From: Paraspadella gotoi
Lineage: Eukaryota; Animalia; Chaetognatha
Length of the DNA: 53,106 bases
Assembly: GCA_051294375.1 (NCBI GenBank)
Contig: CM119270.1
Coordinates: forward strand, 44,970 to 98,075
Reading direction: 5' to 3'
In this document: positions 1-13,131 of the stretch, piece by piece
Position numbering within the stretch: position 1 is the stretch's first letter
Layout of the letters: each line of letters begins with the position of its first letter
Notes under the pieces: generated by a model
What the model saw: only the letters and a program-made list of their open reading frames with translations
Told to the model about the DNA's origin: nothing
Database searches by the model: none
Made by a program: the position numbers and the translations under genes

Positions 1-2606
1 TGCATGTCTCCATCTCCCTCTCTCTCTCCCACCTTCCCGCTCCCTTTCTTCCTTTCTCCCCTCCCTCTTTTATCCCTACGTCCCCCACGCGTTGTAATCA
101 ATGCTACTGCGCAGTATCCAGGCCACCGACCGCCGTTCGTAGGCTATCGCATCCAACACAGGCACGACACGACGTTTTGTCCCTTAACCTAACGCGGGTT
201 TATGTTAAGGGCAGACCCGCAGACTGAAACCTTTTTAAGGCGAGGCGGGAACAAATATTCGGGGGGGGGAACCGTCTCTCCTCTCTCTCTCTTCTCTCCT
301 ATCTCTCTCTACCTCACTTCTCTTCTGCGTGTGCGTTCTCCTCCGCCTTCTCTTCTTTGCGTGTCTCCTTACTCCTACTCTCCCTCTCTCCTTCTCTCAT
401 TCTCGCTCTCCTCTCTCTCTCTCTCTCTCTCTCTTTTCTCTCTCTTTACCTCTCTCCTAGGAGAGGAAATTCTACCGGGCCGTTCTTAGTATATCGAAAA
501 ATCGGCTGTCTGGGAACAACAGGAAAAGGAGGCAGAGGCTATCTGTTTGGAAAAGGCATTCCTTTTATCTCTCTTCATCTTTCTCTCTACTCCCTCTGCT
601 CTCTCTCTCTCTCCTCTCTCTCTCTATCTCCTCTCTCTAATCTCTCTCTCTCTTTCTTCTCTCTCTTTCTCTCTGTTTCTCATGTCCATTTGGAAAGAAT
701 TATTCAGAGATTTTTAAGAGATTTAAAAAACTAATTAAAGGCCGTAAAATATTGTGAATTAGTTTTCTCTCCGTTCTACCCAACAATACTTCCGTAATAA
801 TGAATTTTTAATAAACGTAGCTAATTAAAAAATATAATAATTTAGAAAGAGAAAATATTAAAAATCGCTATCAAAATTTTTCTTTTTCTTTTCAAACGCA
901 AAGTCATTAATTCTCTTTAGATCTTTAATCACTTGTTAATCACTTCTTGATCACCTCTTATTTTCACTTCTGCGTAGAAAATCTAATAAATCTAATAAAT
1001 CTTAAATCTGTTGAGGATTTAAAGCGAAATCTGCTTCAGAGCCAAATGAGAATTCCAACTGAGACGACATCTGGTTTCATCACGTTTACCTTTGATAATA
1101 GAATATAAATCCGTTTAAACCATTATTCATAAGGGCATGTATTGTATTATTTAAAAATATATTTAACTACTAGTTAGTTTAAATTTTGAGTGAGACCATC
1201 AGCATCACTATCGTAGTGAGAGTCTGTCACTCTTCTATTTTATATTCAATGTTTCAATATTTTTTTCTATCAGTGATTATCACAATGTGTCACAATGTGT
1301 CACAATATGTCTCTGCCCCTAAATCTTTGTCACGGTATCCACTTCAGTCTGTCACGATGTCAGGTTATCACTATAACTTTTTCATGTTTTCAAATTACTA
1401 TTCAATTGCAACTTCAGCAACTAATCTTATATTCTGCCGCAACCACATTATTTCTCCGCAACTTGTCGCAACTTTTACAACAATATTGATGTGATTAAAG
1501 GCTTGAGTTGGCTCTTGTTTTTCCCGTTCATTCCAGATTTAAATTCACTCAGGGAATCCGTCTATCCATATCATCCATTCGTCCCATCCGTCCGTCCGTC
1601 CCTCCATTCCATCATCCCATTCGTCCATCCATTCCATTCCGTCCCTCGCTTCCTTCCCTCCGTCCTTTCGTCCTTCCTTTCGTCCGTCCTGCCCGGTCCG
1701 TCTGCCCGTCCGTCCATCCAGTCCACATCCATCCATCCATCCCGCAAATCCATCCTCCACTCCATCCTCTACTCCTCCCTCCCTCCTATTCTCCCATTTC
1801 TTGGCCTCCCTCTCTTCCCCGACTTTCCCCTCCCTTTCTTCCTTCCCCCTACCTTCTCTTCCCCCACCTTTCCTTCTCTCCATCTCATTCCCATCCTGCA
1901 TCCATTCATCCATCCATCCGTTCAACTTCCTCTTTCATTAAATCGTCAAATGAAGTTTATGGACCGATTTTTATTGGCGTCACGGTCGTCGTTCGTCGTC
2001 GTTCGTTGTCGTTCGTCGTCGTCGTCGTCTTCGTCGTCGTCTTCGTCGTCGCCATATTTATTCTCGAGTTGAACGCGTAGAATTTTCTCTGCTTCTTAAT
2101 TTATTTTGCTCGAATAAATCTGAGAAAAAAGAAAGAAAGAAAAAAGAAATTCTGATTTGATTTTGTTTTAGACTCAAATTTGACTTTTTGTAGAAACTAA
2201 GCAAAAGCATAAAAAGAAATTTAGAATTTAGAATAATTAACAGATCTGAAAAAGGATTATGAGGAAATTTGATGCAGGATAAAAGTTAAAAAGAACCGTG
2301 ACTACACAAGTATGGAACATAAGCAAAAGAAACATCTTATAGTTTATGACTGTCGTCGATCAGCCACTAACGCCACCCACTGACTGACTAGTGACATATC
2401 AGTGAAATATCAGAGGTAGTCACAAATCATTAGAGGTTAATAGATTTCGACAAAGGGACTTTTTTTGCGAAATATAAGTTTATTAGAAAAGTTGTTGTTT
2501 TTCTTTTTGTTTTTTGTTTTTTTGTTTTTTTGTTTTTTTGTTTTTTTGTTTTTTGTTTCTTCTGTTGATGATTTTCTTTTTCGACAGGTGAAGAAGGGCC
2601 TAGAGG

Positions 2607-2643
<37 letters not shown>

Positions 2644-2668
2644 NNNNNNNNNNNNNNNNNNNNNNNNN

Positions 2669-2700
<32 letters not shown>

Positions 2701-2725
2701 CTCTCGCTCGTCTCTCTCTCTCTCT

Positions 2726-2768
<43 letters not shown>

Positions 2769-2776
2769 CTGTCTCG

Positions 2777-2841
<65 letters not shown>

Positions 2842-3133
2842 CTGTCTCGCTCTCTCTCTCTTTCCCGTGAGAAATTGAGTTTCTTTGCTTCCGTTCATCT
2901 TCGACTATTTTTAGATATTATCGGAATTCTTTATCTTCTGATGCCTTAACAAATTGGTGAGAAGAGATAGAGAGAAGAGGAAAATAAATAAATAAATAAA
3001 TAAATAAATAAATTAATAAATAATAAATAAATATATTATTATTAGAATAATTGTTAATTCACCATAGGTTTTAAACTTATTCCTTTGTCTGTACTTACAT
3101 AGTGATAATTATTTGTCTCTCCCTGTCTCTCCT

Positions 3134-3169
<36 letters not shown>

Positions 3170-3389
3170 CTCTCTCCCTTCTCTTCCTTCTGTCTCTTCT
3201 CTCTCTCTCTTTCTCTCGTTCTCTCTCTTCACAATTGACCATTTCATTCTTTTCACAATGATCTGTCCTTCAACTCAAACTGTACTCATTCCTTTAAATC
3301 CACATATTCTCTGTGTTGGATTTTAAGCCCTCTTTCTCTTTCTCTCTCTCCTCTCTCTCTCCTCTCTCTCTCTTCTCGTCTCACTCTCT

Positions 3390-3421
<32 letters not shown>

Positions 3422-3456
3422 CTTCTTTAACACCAAATTTGTTAAATTGCATCTCA

Positions 3457-3503
3457 CTAACGCTGATGACAGACTCGTAATGAAGAGTCGAAACATGTCC
3501 GCG
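3457..3503 (+). ncRNA. Minimal type I hammerhead ribozyme motif (noisy copy)
   Basis: ACG-CTGATGA-CA-GACTC-gtaatgaa-GAGTC-GAAAC-AT-GTC-CG. Stem III here is the palindrome ACATGT. Confidence 0.55.
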
Positions 3504-3587
3504 TATCTATTAATTGATGGAAAAATCTTGTTGACAAAACTATTTCCAACTTTGTAAATAAATAAATAATAAATAAATAAAGTATAA

Positions 3588-3626
<39 letters not shown>

Positions 3627-3732
3627 AATAAAACAAACAAAAAAACAACGGAACAAAAACCGCAATACTAAAAACAAAGGGCTAATTGTCATGCAAATTA
3701 TATCTCAAGTTAGCGCTTACCTCTCTTTTCTT

Positions 3733-5012
3733 TGATTGACCGATCAGAGAGTTGCCTTCTCAAGCAGCTTGCCTCTGTTTTCTTGTCCAGTCATTGTCTT
3801 TATGATGGACAAATCAAGAGAGGCTGCCTTCTCAGCAGCTTGCCTTTCTGTTTTTCTTCTCCAGTCATGTCTTATGAGGGACAAATCAGGAGCTTGCTTC
3901 TCAACAAGCTAGCCCTCTGTTTTTCTTCTCCAGTCATGTCTTATGATTGACCAATCAGAGCGCTTGCCTTCTCAAGGCGCAGCTTGCCTCTGTTTTCTCT
4001 CCAGTCATTGTCTTATTGATGCGGACCAATCAGACTTGCCTTCTCAAGCAGCTTGCCTCATGTTTTCTCTCCAGTCATGTCTTATGATGGACCAGATTCG
4101 CAGAGAGCTTGCCTTCTCAAGCAGCTTGCCTCTGTTTCTTTTCCAGTGCATATCTTATCGATGGACAATCAGAGAGCTGCCTTCTCATAAGCAGCTTGCC
4201 TCTGTTTTCTTCTCCAGTCATCTTAATGATGGACCAATCAGAGAGCTTGCCTCACTCAAGCAGCTGCCTCTGTTTTCTTTCTCCAGTAGTACTTATGATG
4301 GACCAATCAGAGCGCTTGCCTGGCTCAAAGCTTGCCTCGTTTCTTCTCCGATCATGTCTTATTGATTGACCAATCAGAGCTGCTTGCCTTCTCGAAGCAG
4401 TTGCTTCTGTTTTCTTCTCCAGCTCATGTCTTAGATGACCAATCAGAGGCATTGCCTTCTCTTAGCTGCTTGCCTCTGTTTTCTTCTCAGTCAATTGTGC
4501 TTATGATGGACGCAATTCAGGAAGCTTGCCTTCTCAAGCAAGTTACCTCTTTTCTTCTCCAGTCATGTCTTAGTGATGACCATGCGAAGACTTGCCTTCT
4601 CAAGCAGCTAGCCTGCGTGTTTTCTTCCCCAGTCATGTCTTTGATTGACCAGTCGAAGCTGCCGTTCTCAACAGCGGGTTGCCTCTGTTTTCTTCTCCAG
4701 TCATGTTTATTGATGGACCAATCAGAGAGCTTGCCTTCTCAAGCAAGCTTCCTCTGTTTTCTTCTTCCAGTCATATCTTATGATGGACCAATCAGAGAGC
4801 TTGCCTTCTCAAGCAGCTTGCCATCTGTTTTTGCTTCTCCAGTTTCATGTCTTATGATGGACCAATCAGAGAGCTTGCTTTCTCAAGCAGCTTGCCTCTA
4901 TTTTCTTCTCAGTCACTGTCTTAGATGGACCAATTCAGGGAGCTTGCCTTTCCTCAAGCAGCTTGCCTCTGTTTTTCTTTTCCAGTCATGTCTTAATGAA
5001 TGGACCAATCAG
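3733..5012 (+). repeat. 69-bp tandem repeat array with one CCAAT box per unit (~18 copies)
   Basis: Consensus GACCAATCAGAGAGCTTGCCTTCTCAAGCAGCTTGCCTCTGTTTTCTTCTCCAGTCATGTCTTATGATG repeated head-to-tail. Confidence 0.95.
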
Positions 5013-6410
5013 CGACGAGTCTTCCCTCAAGAAACCCGACCTCGAGAAACATGAGCGAGAAACAGGATCAGTGTCTTCAAATTATCTTAAAATACATTTC
5101 AAATCCTGGGAAGATGAGTATCTAGCTAGAAGGTGGTTCTAACTAGGTCTCTCATCAGGCAAAAAACAATAGTAGAATTATTAATTTAGAAAGTATCGAA
5201 ACAAAACAAGTACATGAAGAAGAAAGGAGCGAGGTTGCAGACCGCAGAACGCAAAAGGTGGAGAAGTTGAATACGATGCTCGCCAAAACTATCGGTACGC
5301 GCGAGTGGAACAGAACGCGGCGAGAGATGCGTTTGAGCAGGTCTGCGATAGTAGAAGGCCCGGGGAGGAGAGGTTCTGGCGGTAAGGTGGCCTCTATCTT
5401 GAATTCTCATGGACATTTTACTATACTAGTTCATGTTTAGACGAAAAAATACAGTTTTATTCTGTCATCAGTTGTGTCTGTTGTGCCATTGTCGGTTCGT
5501 CGTCGTTGTCATTCGTTATCGGTTGTCATCGTTGCTCTCTTTCGTCGCTTTCGTCGTCGTTGCCCATTGTCGTCGTTTCAACCGTCTTGCACTTCGTACG
5601 TCATTGTCGTCATTGGTGTCACGTCGTTGAAATATTTTTGTGACATTCGCGTCCAGTCAATTTTTCATCGCGTCAGCTGAGTTGAGGCTTTTGTTGTGAG
5701 TCTTTTCACCGTTCTCGTCGCTTTCTCGTTGCCTTCTTTTAGCCGAAAACCTCGTCACTGTTATTCGATAGAATTACGTTCTCAGCAAAGGATCGGCGAA
5801 TGGAACCGGAGTTTTTACTGGAATCCATAGGATTTTCGTCACGAATTTATTGCTTACGACACTTATATTCGCTATTATTGACTTCTACAATAATAAACTA
5901 ATTTCACGTTTTTCGTCATTTATTCGTCATTTTATTTCGTCATTTGAAATTTAGAAACCGTTGCTCATGTGTCATCGTCGTTGTCATCGTTGTCATCGTC
6001 TCGCCGTCGTTATCGTCGATAGTATCGGTTGTCATTCGTCGTCATCGTTGTCGTCGTCAGGCCATCGTTATCGTCGATCGTCATTCGTTGTCTTGCGCTC
6101 GTTTTTTGTCTCGATTACAAATTTGACGTCGTTTGAGTTCGTGGTTGCATGAAGATCTCCTTTCTTGTTTCATGATATGATTACATACTTTCATGTTTGC
6201 ATGTTTTGGCATGTTTTTATGTTTGCATAATCAACTTTATCCCCCCAAAAAATTGATATTTGTTTTTTCTAAATTTTTAAATCGAAAACAAATTACTTTT
6301 TTCTTTTTTTTTTTACTTTATTATTTTACGAACAGTTAAAACTAACAAATTTTCTTAGAGATATGAAGGTCGGGCATTGCCTAAGTTCACCCGCCAATAA
6401 GCATAAATAT

Positions 6411-6602
6411 TTCAGGTTGTGACCCCTGGCTCATTGAGTAAAGGACATAAGCTCACGACCATAGGTCCGGGCTCAATCAAAACCCTCGGTACCTTACCTG
6501 CAAGTAGTGGGGGGTTGAAAAACCCCCAGGACTGGTTCAAGCCCCTCATTGTTCTTGATAGGGATCTAAAGAATTTACGGAAATTTTCATCTTCAGCCCA
6601 CA
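6411..6602 (+). mobile_element. tRNA-derived SINE (noisy duplicate of 15258-15447)
   Basis: GTGACCCCTGGCTCATTGAGTAAAG...GGGCTCAATC...GGTTCAAGCCCC...TCTTCAGCCC. Confidence 0.65.
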
Positions 6603-7693
6603 CATGTCCCACAATCCCACTCCGTCGCTTCTATTCTGGGCGTCAATTCCGATTACTTCAGATTCCGATTTCCATTCTGGTGACATTAATGATCGAATCC
6701 ATTTTATCTCCTTACGATCAACGTTTTAATTCAGGCGTTTTTTAAACATCCTACACAATTTATATTTTTTGTTTGATTGTTTTTTTTGTTGTTGTTTAGA
6801 TTTAATTTACTTAAAAAAAGCCCGCCAAACTACTGTCTGGTCTTAAATTTTTGAAATTTATCATCCAAGTTTTCAGTAATGGACCTTTACCAATTTTATT
6901 TTCTTATTTCTATGAATTTTCATTAAAAATGTTTTTATTCTTTATTATTTAAAAATTTGGCCTTCAAAAAAGTTTTATTTACGACCACAAAGGAAAACGA
7001 AATCCAAGTTAAGATAAAAACCAAGAAAAAATTTATTGCGACTATAATTTTTTAGTTGCTTTACTGCGAGTCCTATCTCTCTGTCTTTCTCTCTCTCTCC
7101 AACTCTTTTCTCTCTTTCCTTCACTCTCTCTCTATCTCTCTCTACTGTCTCTCTCTCTCTCTCTGCTCACTGCTTGTCTTCTCTCTCTTTCTATTCCTCT
7201 CTCTTTTCTTCTCTCTTCTGTCTCTCTCTCTCTCTCACTCAACTCACTCTCACTCTCGCTCTCTCTTCTCTCTCACTCACCTCTCTCTCTCTTTCGTCTC
7301 TCTGTTGTCTATCTCTCTCTTCTCATGGCTCGTCTCTTTTTCTTCCTCTCCTCATCTCTCTCTTCTCTCCTTGGTGCTTAATAAATTTCATTCGCGTTGT
7401 CTTTAATTTTTTTTTAAAACAAAAATCTTAGAAGTTAAGTTTTGAAATTTAAAAACAAGAAAGTCGTGTTTTTTAGTCGTTGGTCTTCGGGTCGGTTCTG
7501 TCGGTCGGTTGGTCTGTCTGGTCGGTCGGTCGTCATTAGTTAGGTCTTTCGGTCTGTCTGTCTGTAAATTGAATCGATCGTCGGTTCTGTGTCCTGTTTC
7601 GCTTGGCTCAAATCCGACCTGGTGATGATAGATTTTATTTTCTTAAATTCAAGGGGCTTTAGAGAAAAAAAAAAGAGAAGATAGAGAGAGAGA

Positions 7694-7725
<32 letters not shown>

Positions 7726-8497
7726 AGAGAGAGAGAAGAGAGAGATGAGAGAGAAAGAGAGATCGGAGGAGATAGGGAGGAGGGACAGAGAGAGAGAGGG
7801 AGGTAGAGGCGGCCGGTGACAATTTCACTGTACTTAACAGTGAAACTTTTTTCCATTAGACGCCCTATCCTTATTTTCGAAAACAATTCATTAAAGAAAT
7901 ATATTATCATCATCATACTCATCATTCATCATATAACATCATTATCATAATGAAATCATCATCCTCTTCACCTCGATGAACGTCATGAGCTTCTGAGCGA
8001 ATTATTTCTTCAAGATGCGAAAATAAAGAATCTGATTTGAAATCACGATCTGATCGGGAAAAAAATAAAAAAAGAAAAGAAAGAAAGAAGAAAGAAAGAA
8101 AATAAAAAAGACAAAGAAAAGAAATAAGAGAAAAGAAAAGAAAGAAAAAATGAAAAGAAAAGAAAAGAAAAATTAAAGGAAAAGAAAAGAAAGGAAAAAA
8201 CAAATCACGATTTTTAATCGTGGAAACGTGCATTTCCGCAGTATTCAAGTTTACGTTGTTGTTGTTGTTGGAAATTATTTAAATTTTTTGTTGTCATCGT
8301 CTTCTTCGTCGTCATCGTCTCGTCGTCGTCGTCATCATCGTCTCTTTCATTGAATTCCCGTCATATTTTTTTTTTCTCTTCTAACGACAAAGATGAAAGA
8401 TTAAGATTAAGCATTAAGATGGAAAGATTAAGCTTTTGAAATCTTAATATCCGTCTTCTGTCTTGTTCGATTTTCAGACTGTTCTTTACGCGCGGCA

Positions 8498-9349
8498 ATT
8501 TTAGTCGACTCTATAATTCACTTTGTTGGTCGTCAGTCCGCCCCCTCAATTCTTTGTCGGCATACTTATATTCATGTCGGAACATTCGACATTATGGAAA
8601 ATTATGCAAAAAACTTTGTCGTCTGGTCTGGTTCTGTCTCTCCTGTCTGTCTGTCTGTTTTGTCTGTCCGGTCCGTCCGCCCTCCGTCCGTCCATCCACT
8701 CCGTCCCACCCTTAGCAAAAACAACCAAATTACTTGTGATTGGATGGATGGATGGTGGAAATTGAAAATTTGTGTGGTTGGGTAGGAAGTTGTGATTGAG
8801 CTGGATATTGAAGTTTCGATGGATTCGTAGCTGAGTGGAATGAGTTTAAATGGAAAAAAAACTAAAAATATATTTCAATATTTGAAACTATACTCATGAG
8901 TGGATGGGAGCGATGACTTGAAATTTTGTATTTGGAAGGTAGAAAAGTGTGGGAATTAAAACTGGAAATTAAAGTTTTTGGATGGAATCGTTGAAAATGG
9001 AAATGATTTAGGAAAAACAAATAACCTGTTTGACTATTGATTATGCTTCTTTTCTTATAAATGTAAATCAAGATGTATTAATTGTTCAAATAATTAATCA
9101 GTTAATTAATCAATTAGTCAATCATAATCAATAATTAATTAAATCCAGTCAATTTATAATAAAAACAACATTCTTGGATCAAATTTAATAAATTAATTGC
9201 TTAATTAATAATAATTATCTTGAATAAATTAATTATTAATTAACTTGGACTTAATTATTAATAATTATTATTAATTAATAAATATTTAATTAAATTAATT
9301 ACCGATTAATGATCGTGGGCTAGATCCGACCATTGTTTGCTCAAACTTG
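8498..9349 (+). mobile_element. HINE/DINE-1-like non-autonomous Helentron (noisy duplicate of 17228-18076)
   Basis: TTTTAGTCGACTCTATAATTCAC...(CTGT/CCGT)n...AGATCCGACCATTGTTTGCTCAAACTTG. Confidence 0.65.
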
Positions 9350-11441
9350 AATTCTTTTTCCGTTAGTTTTTTGTTTTCCCCGCGAGTACTCGCGGAGCAA
9401 CTCTTATAAGTCACTTTTCGCTCTTTAAGGGTCTGTCGCGTATGCCGGTCTGTCGTCTATATGTTAAAATTGCTCATAATAAGCCTATAGTTGCGTCTGA
9501 TTTAATTCGTAAAACATGGAAAAAACCTTAAACTCTAACCGGGACTGCTAGACCGCCGCCTTTAGGAAATCATAAATTCAATAAGAATAAAAGAGTGAAA
9601 TTCCGATCGCGGCTGCGTGTCATAAATACATGGCGAAGAAAGTTAATTGTAGTCAGGTAATCATTTTATGTCACATCATATCATTATTATCATATACACG
9701 ATAATACACGTTGATAAGGCAGTCACTACAGCGCAACACTTGTTGAATACCCTTCTTGTTTCTTTCTTTCTTAACCTTTTCTTCTTTTGTCTTCATTAAA
9801 TCTCGTTTGTTTGTTGTTAATATATCTTTCCGTTAATCTGTCTGTTTGTCAATCTTCTTTTCTCCTGTATTTTAGATATTTCATGCTAGTTACTGAGAGA
9901 GAGAGAGAGAGAGAGAGAAGAGAGAGAGAGGAGAGAGAGAGTTATATTGGGTAATCAGTCCCAATGAGGATGACGAATATCTTGTATAGAAAATTCTGGG
10001 CCAAAAAAATTCAATGGAAAAAAGGGAGATATATTTTTCTTCTCATCTTTTCATCTTTTGGTTTCTCTCCTACTTATTTTCCTCTTCCTTTTCTTATCCT
10101 TTCATCCTCCTCCTCCTTTTCCTCTCTTCTTCCCCTTCTCCTTCTATCTTCTCTTCTTTCCTCCCCTCCTTCCTCTTCGCTTTTCAGTCTTTTAACGAAA
10201 TTCGACATTCTGAATTTTTATGATTTTTTAAAATTTTCTGTTTTCTTTTTTCTGTTTTTTCTGTTATTTTTTTCTATTTCCTATTTTTATTTTGACACTG
10301 GTGGATTCTTGGTCGAGATATCAATAACAATCCATACGGTGGATTTTTATATTTTGGAATTAAATTAGTTTTTAATGTTTTAAGATTAGGCTACAGATTA
10401 GTGTTTACGGAATTAAATTAGGTAATGACTTGGGTTCGGATTGCGGTTTGTCTCAGGGTCAAGATTAGTTTGAGTTAGTTGCTTAGGGAACAATCTTGGG
10501 TTAGGGTAAGGGTTAGGGGACGTCTGGGTTAGGATAAGTGTATAGAATCGGGTAATTTAGAGGTGTGATGAGCGAGAAAGAAAGGATATCAAGATGTTGT
10601 TTCTGCCAGCCAAATAATATTTTGTCAAAAAAGCTGATACGTTGTGTTTTCATTTAATGTCAGATTATAAACGTTTATTCCTTGCTTATAAAAATGTTAC
10701 TTTGACCATTTTAAAATATTTTCATCTTAATCAATTCGCGTTTCTTATCTTATCTTTTTTCTTCTTGTCTGTTTTCCTCTTTTTTACTTTTACTTTTTCA
10801 TTTTCTTTCATGTATCCTTTCATCCTTTCTTGTTTCTTTTTTCTTCCTTTCCTACTTTTTCGCTCTCCATCTTTTTCTTCTTTTTTCCTATTTCCTCCTC
10901 TTCCCCTTATGTTTTTTCAATTTTCTCTTTTTCCTCCTTTTTTCTTTCTTTCCTTTCCTCCTTTTTCTTCCTCCTTCTTTTCTTCTTTCCTTCCTTTTCT
11001 TTTCCTCTTTTCTTTCTCCTTATTTCCTCCTTTCTTCCTTTTCCTTTTCTCATTTCTTCGTCCTTTTTTCTTCTTTTCTTCTTCCATTTCCTCCATTTTT
11101 TCCTTTTTTGCTTTCTCTTTTCTTCCCCTTCTTTGTTTCTTTTCTTTTTTCATTCTTTTTTCTTTTTTCTTTTTTCTTTCTTCTTCATTTTTGGTTTCAA
11201 GCAAATAATTAAATCGATTAAACATTTAAAAAATTATTCCTTTTTTCTTTTGAAAAGAGAAAAAAAAAGTCGACATATTGAAAGTACATGTTGCCTTTCA
11301 GGTCCTTCGCGCCTTTTCAAGGATTAAACCTTTCTCTCTCTCTGCGTCTCGTCTCGTCTCTCTCTGCTCTTCTCTCTTCTCTTCTCTCTCTCTCTTCTCC
11401 TTCCGTTCTCTGGTCTCTGTCGTCGTCGTCGTGTTTTCTCT

Positions 11442-11475
<34 letters not shown>

Positions 11476-11938
11476 CTCTCTGCGCGTTCTTCCTATCTCT
11501 CTCTTTCCTATCTCTCCTCTGTCTCTCTCTGGTCTCTCTCTCTGTCTCTCTCTCTCTCTCTCTTCTCTCTCTTATTTCTCTCTCTCTTCTGTCTCTCTCT
11601 CTGTTCTCTCTCTCTTCTCTCTCTTCTCACTCTCTCTGACCTTGATTCGCCGTTTTTATTTATCCTCCGTTCGTCGACGACGTTCACACAAAAGTCGACG
11701 TAGAGGAGAGAGAGAAATCCTCTCTCTTTTCATCTTCGACTATTTTTAGATATTATCGGAATTCTTTATCTTCTGATGCCTTAACAGAATTGGGTGAGAG
11801 AGAGAGAGAGAAGAGAAAATAAATAAATAAATAAATAAATATATATATATATTTATTATTAGAATAATTGTTAAATTCACCATTAGTTTAAACTTATTCC
11901 TTGTTGTACATTACATAATGTATTATTTTGTCTCTCCC

Positions 11939-11982
<44 letters not shown>

Positions 11983-12106
11983 CTTCTGTCTCTCTCTTTC
12001 TCTCTCTCTTTCACCAATTGACCATTTCACTTCTTTTCACAACTGATCTGTCCTCAACTCAAACTGTACTCATTCTTTAACCACTATCTCTGTGTTGAAA
12101 ACTTTT

Positions 12107-12181
<75 letters not shown>

Positions 12182-12210
12182 TCTTTTACACAAATTTGTA
12201 AAATGCATCA

Positions 12211-12256
12211 CTAACGCTGATGAAGACTCGAAATGAAGAGTCGAAACAAGTCCGTA
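12211..12256 (+). ncRNA. Minimal type I hammerhead ribozyme motif, Penelope-like-element type (clean copy)
   Basis: Stem I ACG (12214-16) / CGT (12253-55); core CTGATGA (12217-23) plus an extra A; stem II GACTC (12225-29) / GAGTC (12238-42); GAAAC (12243-47); AA; GTC cleavage triplet (12250-52). Confidence 0.7.
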
Positions 12257-12302
12257 TATTATTAGATGAAAAATCGTTTACGAAAATATTTCCAAACTTT
12301 GT

Positions 12303-12334
<32 letters not shown>

Positions 12335-12860
12335 AAAAAACAAAAAAAAAACAACGGAACAAAACCAATACCTAAAAACAAAGGAGTAAAATTGTCATAG
12401 CAAAAATTATATTCTCAAGTAGCTTACCTCTCTTCTCTTCTGATTGACCGATCAGAGAGCTTGCCTTCTCAAGCAGCTTGCCTCTGTTTTNNNNNNNNNN
12501 NNNNNNNNNNNNNNNTTACATAATGTAATTATTTTGTCTCTCCTTGTTTTCTCCTCTTCCTCTTCTCTCTCTCTCCTCTTATCTCTCTCCTCGTCATCAC
12601 TGTCTCTCTCTTTCTCTCTCTCTATTCACTAAAATTGACCATTTTCACTCTCTTTTCACAACTGATCTGTCCTCAACCTTCAAACTGACTCATTCTTTAC
12701 ACCCTATCCTCCTGGCTGTTGAAAACTTTTTCTTTCTTCACTCTCGGTCTCTCCTTCACATCTCTCTCTCTCATGCTCCTCTCTCTCTCATCTCTCTCCT
12801 AAAAATACTCTCCTCTTCCTCCTCCCTTCTTCTTACACAAATTTGATAAAATGCATCACT

Positions 12861-12908
12861 AAACGCTGATTGAAGACTCACGACAAAGCGAGGTCGAAAC
12901 AAGTCCGC
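12861..12908 (+). ncRNA. Hammerhead motif, third (degraded/noisy) copy
   Basis: ACGCTGATTGAAGACTC...GAGGTCGAAACAAGTCCG inside the re-duplicated segment. Confidence 0.4.
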
Positions 12909-13131
12909 TATATTATTAGCGAATTTGAATAAATCGTTTTCAGCCGGAAAATATTTCACAAACTTGGTTTTAAAGTACAAATAAGATAAATAAAATAGCA
13001 ATAAATTAAAAAACAAAAAAAAAAACAAGCAGCCGGAACAAACCATACCCTAAAACCAAGCGCTACAGTTAAAATTCTGTTCCACTTAGCAAAAATTATA
13101 TTCTCAAGTAGCCTTACCTCTCTTCTCGTTC

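Larger units (their letters stand above)
2894..11700 (+). repeat. Segmental duplication A, copy 1 (indel-noisy)
   Basis: Begins TTCATCTTCGACTATTTTTAGATATTATCGGAATTC, which recurs at 11729. Colinear with 11729-20490 through to TTTATCCTCCGTTCGTCGACGACG. Differences are mostly scattered 1-bp indels. Confidence 0.92.

Noticed and set aside
478-490. GGCCGTTCTTAGT match to 18S rRNA
   Set aside because: Only 13 nt, and the flanks are not rRNA-like.
3733-5012. CRISPR-like regular array
   Set aside because: Units are head-to-tail with no unique spacers, there are no cas genes, and the context is eukaryotic.
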